A stretch of 64,000 nucleotides of DNA from the human T2T-CHM13v2.0 reference genome, Homo sapiens, in assembly GCF_009914755.1 (NCBI RefSeq), contig NC_060927.1; one strand, 5' to 3'. Positions 61,991-64,000 of the stretch are shown in pieces (the first letter of the stretch is position 1; the number at the start of each line of letters is the position of its first letter). The translations under genes were made by a program, and so were the position numbers. The notes beneath the pieces were generated by a model. It saw nothing but the letters and a program-made list of their open reading frames with translations. It searched no databases and was not told the origin of the DNA.

Positions 61991-64000
61991 AGAATAGATC
62001 ATATGATTAAAGAAATAAAGATATATAACATTATTTCACACCTGGGTGCTGTGGAGTAACATTCATACCACTACTTATGATTATTTAGTAATATCTTGTT
62101 TATGGAGGTTTTCATAGCAAATTTTCCAATTGGAATTTTAACACTACACCAAGGAACTTGTCAGTTTCAGTACGTGTGTGTGTCTAAACAGTGATGATCT
62201 TTGTGAGATGGTGTACAATCTGTATTCCTGCAGCTCTTCCCTGTTTATAAAAACATTATTTTTTTTTTGTTTCCTGCAGTGGTCTTTTAGGGTAGGCAAG
62301 GATCATTACCCTCCATTTTACAGAGCCTCAGAGAGATCAGGGAACTTTCTGAAAGTCACAGGCTTGGTGGGCCTCAGGCAGGGCTTCAGATGCAGACATT
62401 TGGATTTTGAGTTCTGAGTGTGATCAGCCACTGCACACAGAGCCAGGAATGGAACTTCTAGGCTGCCCGTTTTCACTTGGTACCAGAAAGGTAGGTTGGA
62501 GGTGAGGAGTGTCAGAATTGCCCCTCTCTTGGCCTCCTGTATGAAAAATAGAATAGCTTTTTTATAATGAAAGTATAATTGACCTACAGTAAAATGCAGA
62601 CACTAAGTGCACAGGCTAATCAGTTTTGATAAATGCAGACATGCATACAACCTACATCTGATCAAGATGTAGAACATTTCCATCACTCTGGAAACATTTC
62701 CATCACTTCATATCCCTTGTCAATCAACTACCCCTCCCTCTCTGTTCTGCTAGCAACCTCTGTTCTGATTTCTGTCCCATATATTTGGAGAACTTATTTA
62801 AGAAATTTCTGTTTCGGTCACCTGCAGTAAGGGCCAAGCGAACAGCAGCGACTTTGTCATTCCTTTTGGTTGCCATGGTCAGGCTGGAGCCAGTCTACAT
62901 GTGAGCCAGTTGGATGGGTCTGCCAGCTGTCACTGAACAGAGGCAGAGTCTCTGTGACAACAGCGCCCTTATGCATTCTAACAGGTAGTGAGTGTCATTT
63001 AAGCAGCTTCGAGACCTTGCCTGAGGTTCTTGTTCACTTGCACATAGCATACCAATGGAATCAAGTTAATGTTGACATAAAAAAGATGTCAGCTCCATCC
63101 CAATCTACCTCTGTGAAGAGCAGGTATAATCCCGTAAACATCTATTCTGGGGGCTCCCCTTGGGAGAGAGACCCTCCCCTGCACACAGGCTTGGGAAGAC
63201 TGAGTCATGCTTTAGAGCCCATTAGCCAACATCTTCTTCAATAGCAATCGCCACTACTCCCTTTTATTTGTAGTTACTCTATGGTAACTCTGTGGAGATG
63301 ACGTGCATGTGGGGGCCACTGCCCTTTGTGGAAGGAATTAGATTTGAGGAATTGGACTATCGATAGAAGGTGGCTGGGCAAGTGACGAATCAGAGTCAGG
63401 AGATGGTTCTGAGGAAAGAGACCTGGCTGCCCAGTACTGTGCCCCGTATCTGAGCCCCATTTCTAGTCAGGAAAGGTCTTTCATGGGGTGGGGCCAGCCA
63501 GGATGGTCCAGCCTACTTGCATCCTCCCCCAATTGGCATTCTAGGCAATTTCTTGAAAGGACATTCCTTGTCTTCTTCTCACACGGCTTGAGTGAGTACA
63601 CTTTGTTCTAGGAGCAAGATCCAGCCCATCCCAGGCTGAGATCTCTTTCTGTCCTGGTTAGGAACAGGGGCCAAGAGAGGCTGCCATGGGAAACACATGG
63701 CTCAGCCTGAGATGAGCATTCTCAGCAGACTCTTACTTCCATTACAAGCAGCAGTAGTAGGAAGCAATGTTTTTGGAGAGCGTCCACTGCACTCTCCTTG
63801 GTCTTGCCAGTGAAGTGCAGGGGCGGGGACCAGCTCACCTTCACATTCCTGGCCATGAAGGTGAGAATGGATCCAGACAATAATGTGTTTTCATTTGTGG
63901 TTGCTTATCTTTTGTCTCCAACTGGCAAGCTGGAATGATGTTGGCACCACACGACAACAGCAGGGAGTCACAGCCTTTTCATAAATGCATGGAGAAATGA

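Overview
Human (primate) genomic DNA, rich in Alu, L1, MIR and MaLR elements, containing the 5' half of the dopamine D3 receptor gene (DRD3) on the minus strand. Three exons can be read directly: a 5'UTR exon (donor at 29632, internal acceptor at 29751), the first coding exon (22698-23002, ATG at 22967, codons 1-90, Ser9 allele) and the 113-nt second coding exon (10726-10838, TM3). Later exons lie beyond the left edge of the window. The remainder is intron and about 34 kb of repeat-dense upstream sequence. Almost all ORF-track entries are spurious or come from repeats. Main observations: (1) a spliced overlapping uORF whose stop codon is made by the Ser9 base itself (40 aa on Ser9, 135 aa predicted on Gly9); (2) a 336-bp, ~98.5% identical non-Alu inverted repeat in intron 1, with a template-switch-like scar at one junction; (3) a near-consensus RE1/NRSE in exon 1 and a CTCF-like site in an intronic CpG-rich patch; (4) several retrotransposition and repair fossils (twin-primed L1, templated insertion, nested young L1, solo LTR with TSD). 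Repeat boundaries and subfamily calls were made by eye and are approximate.
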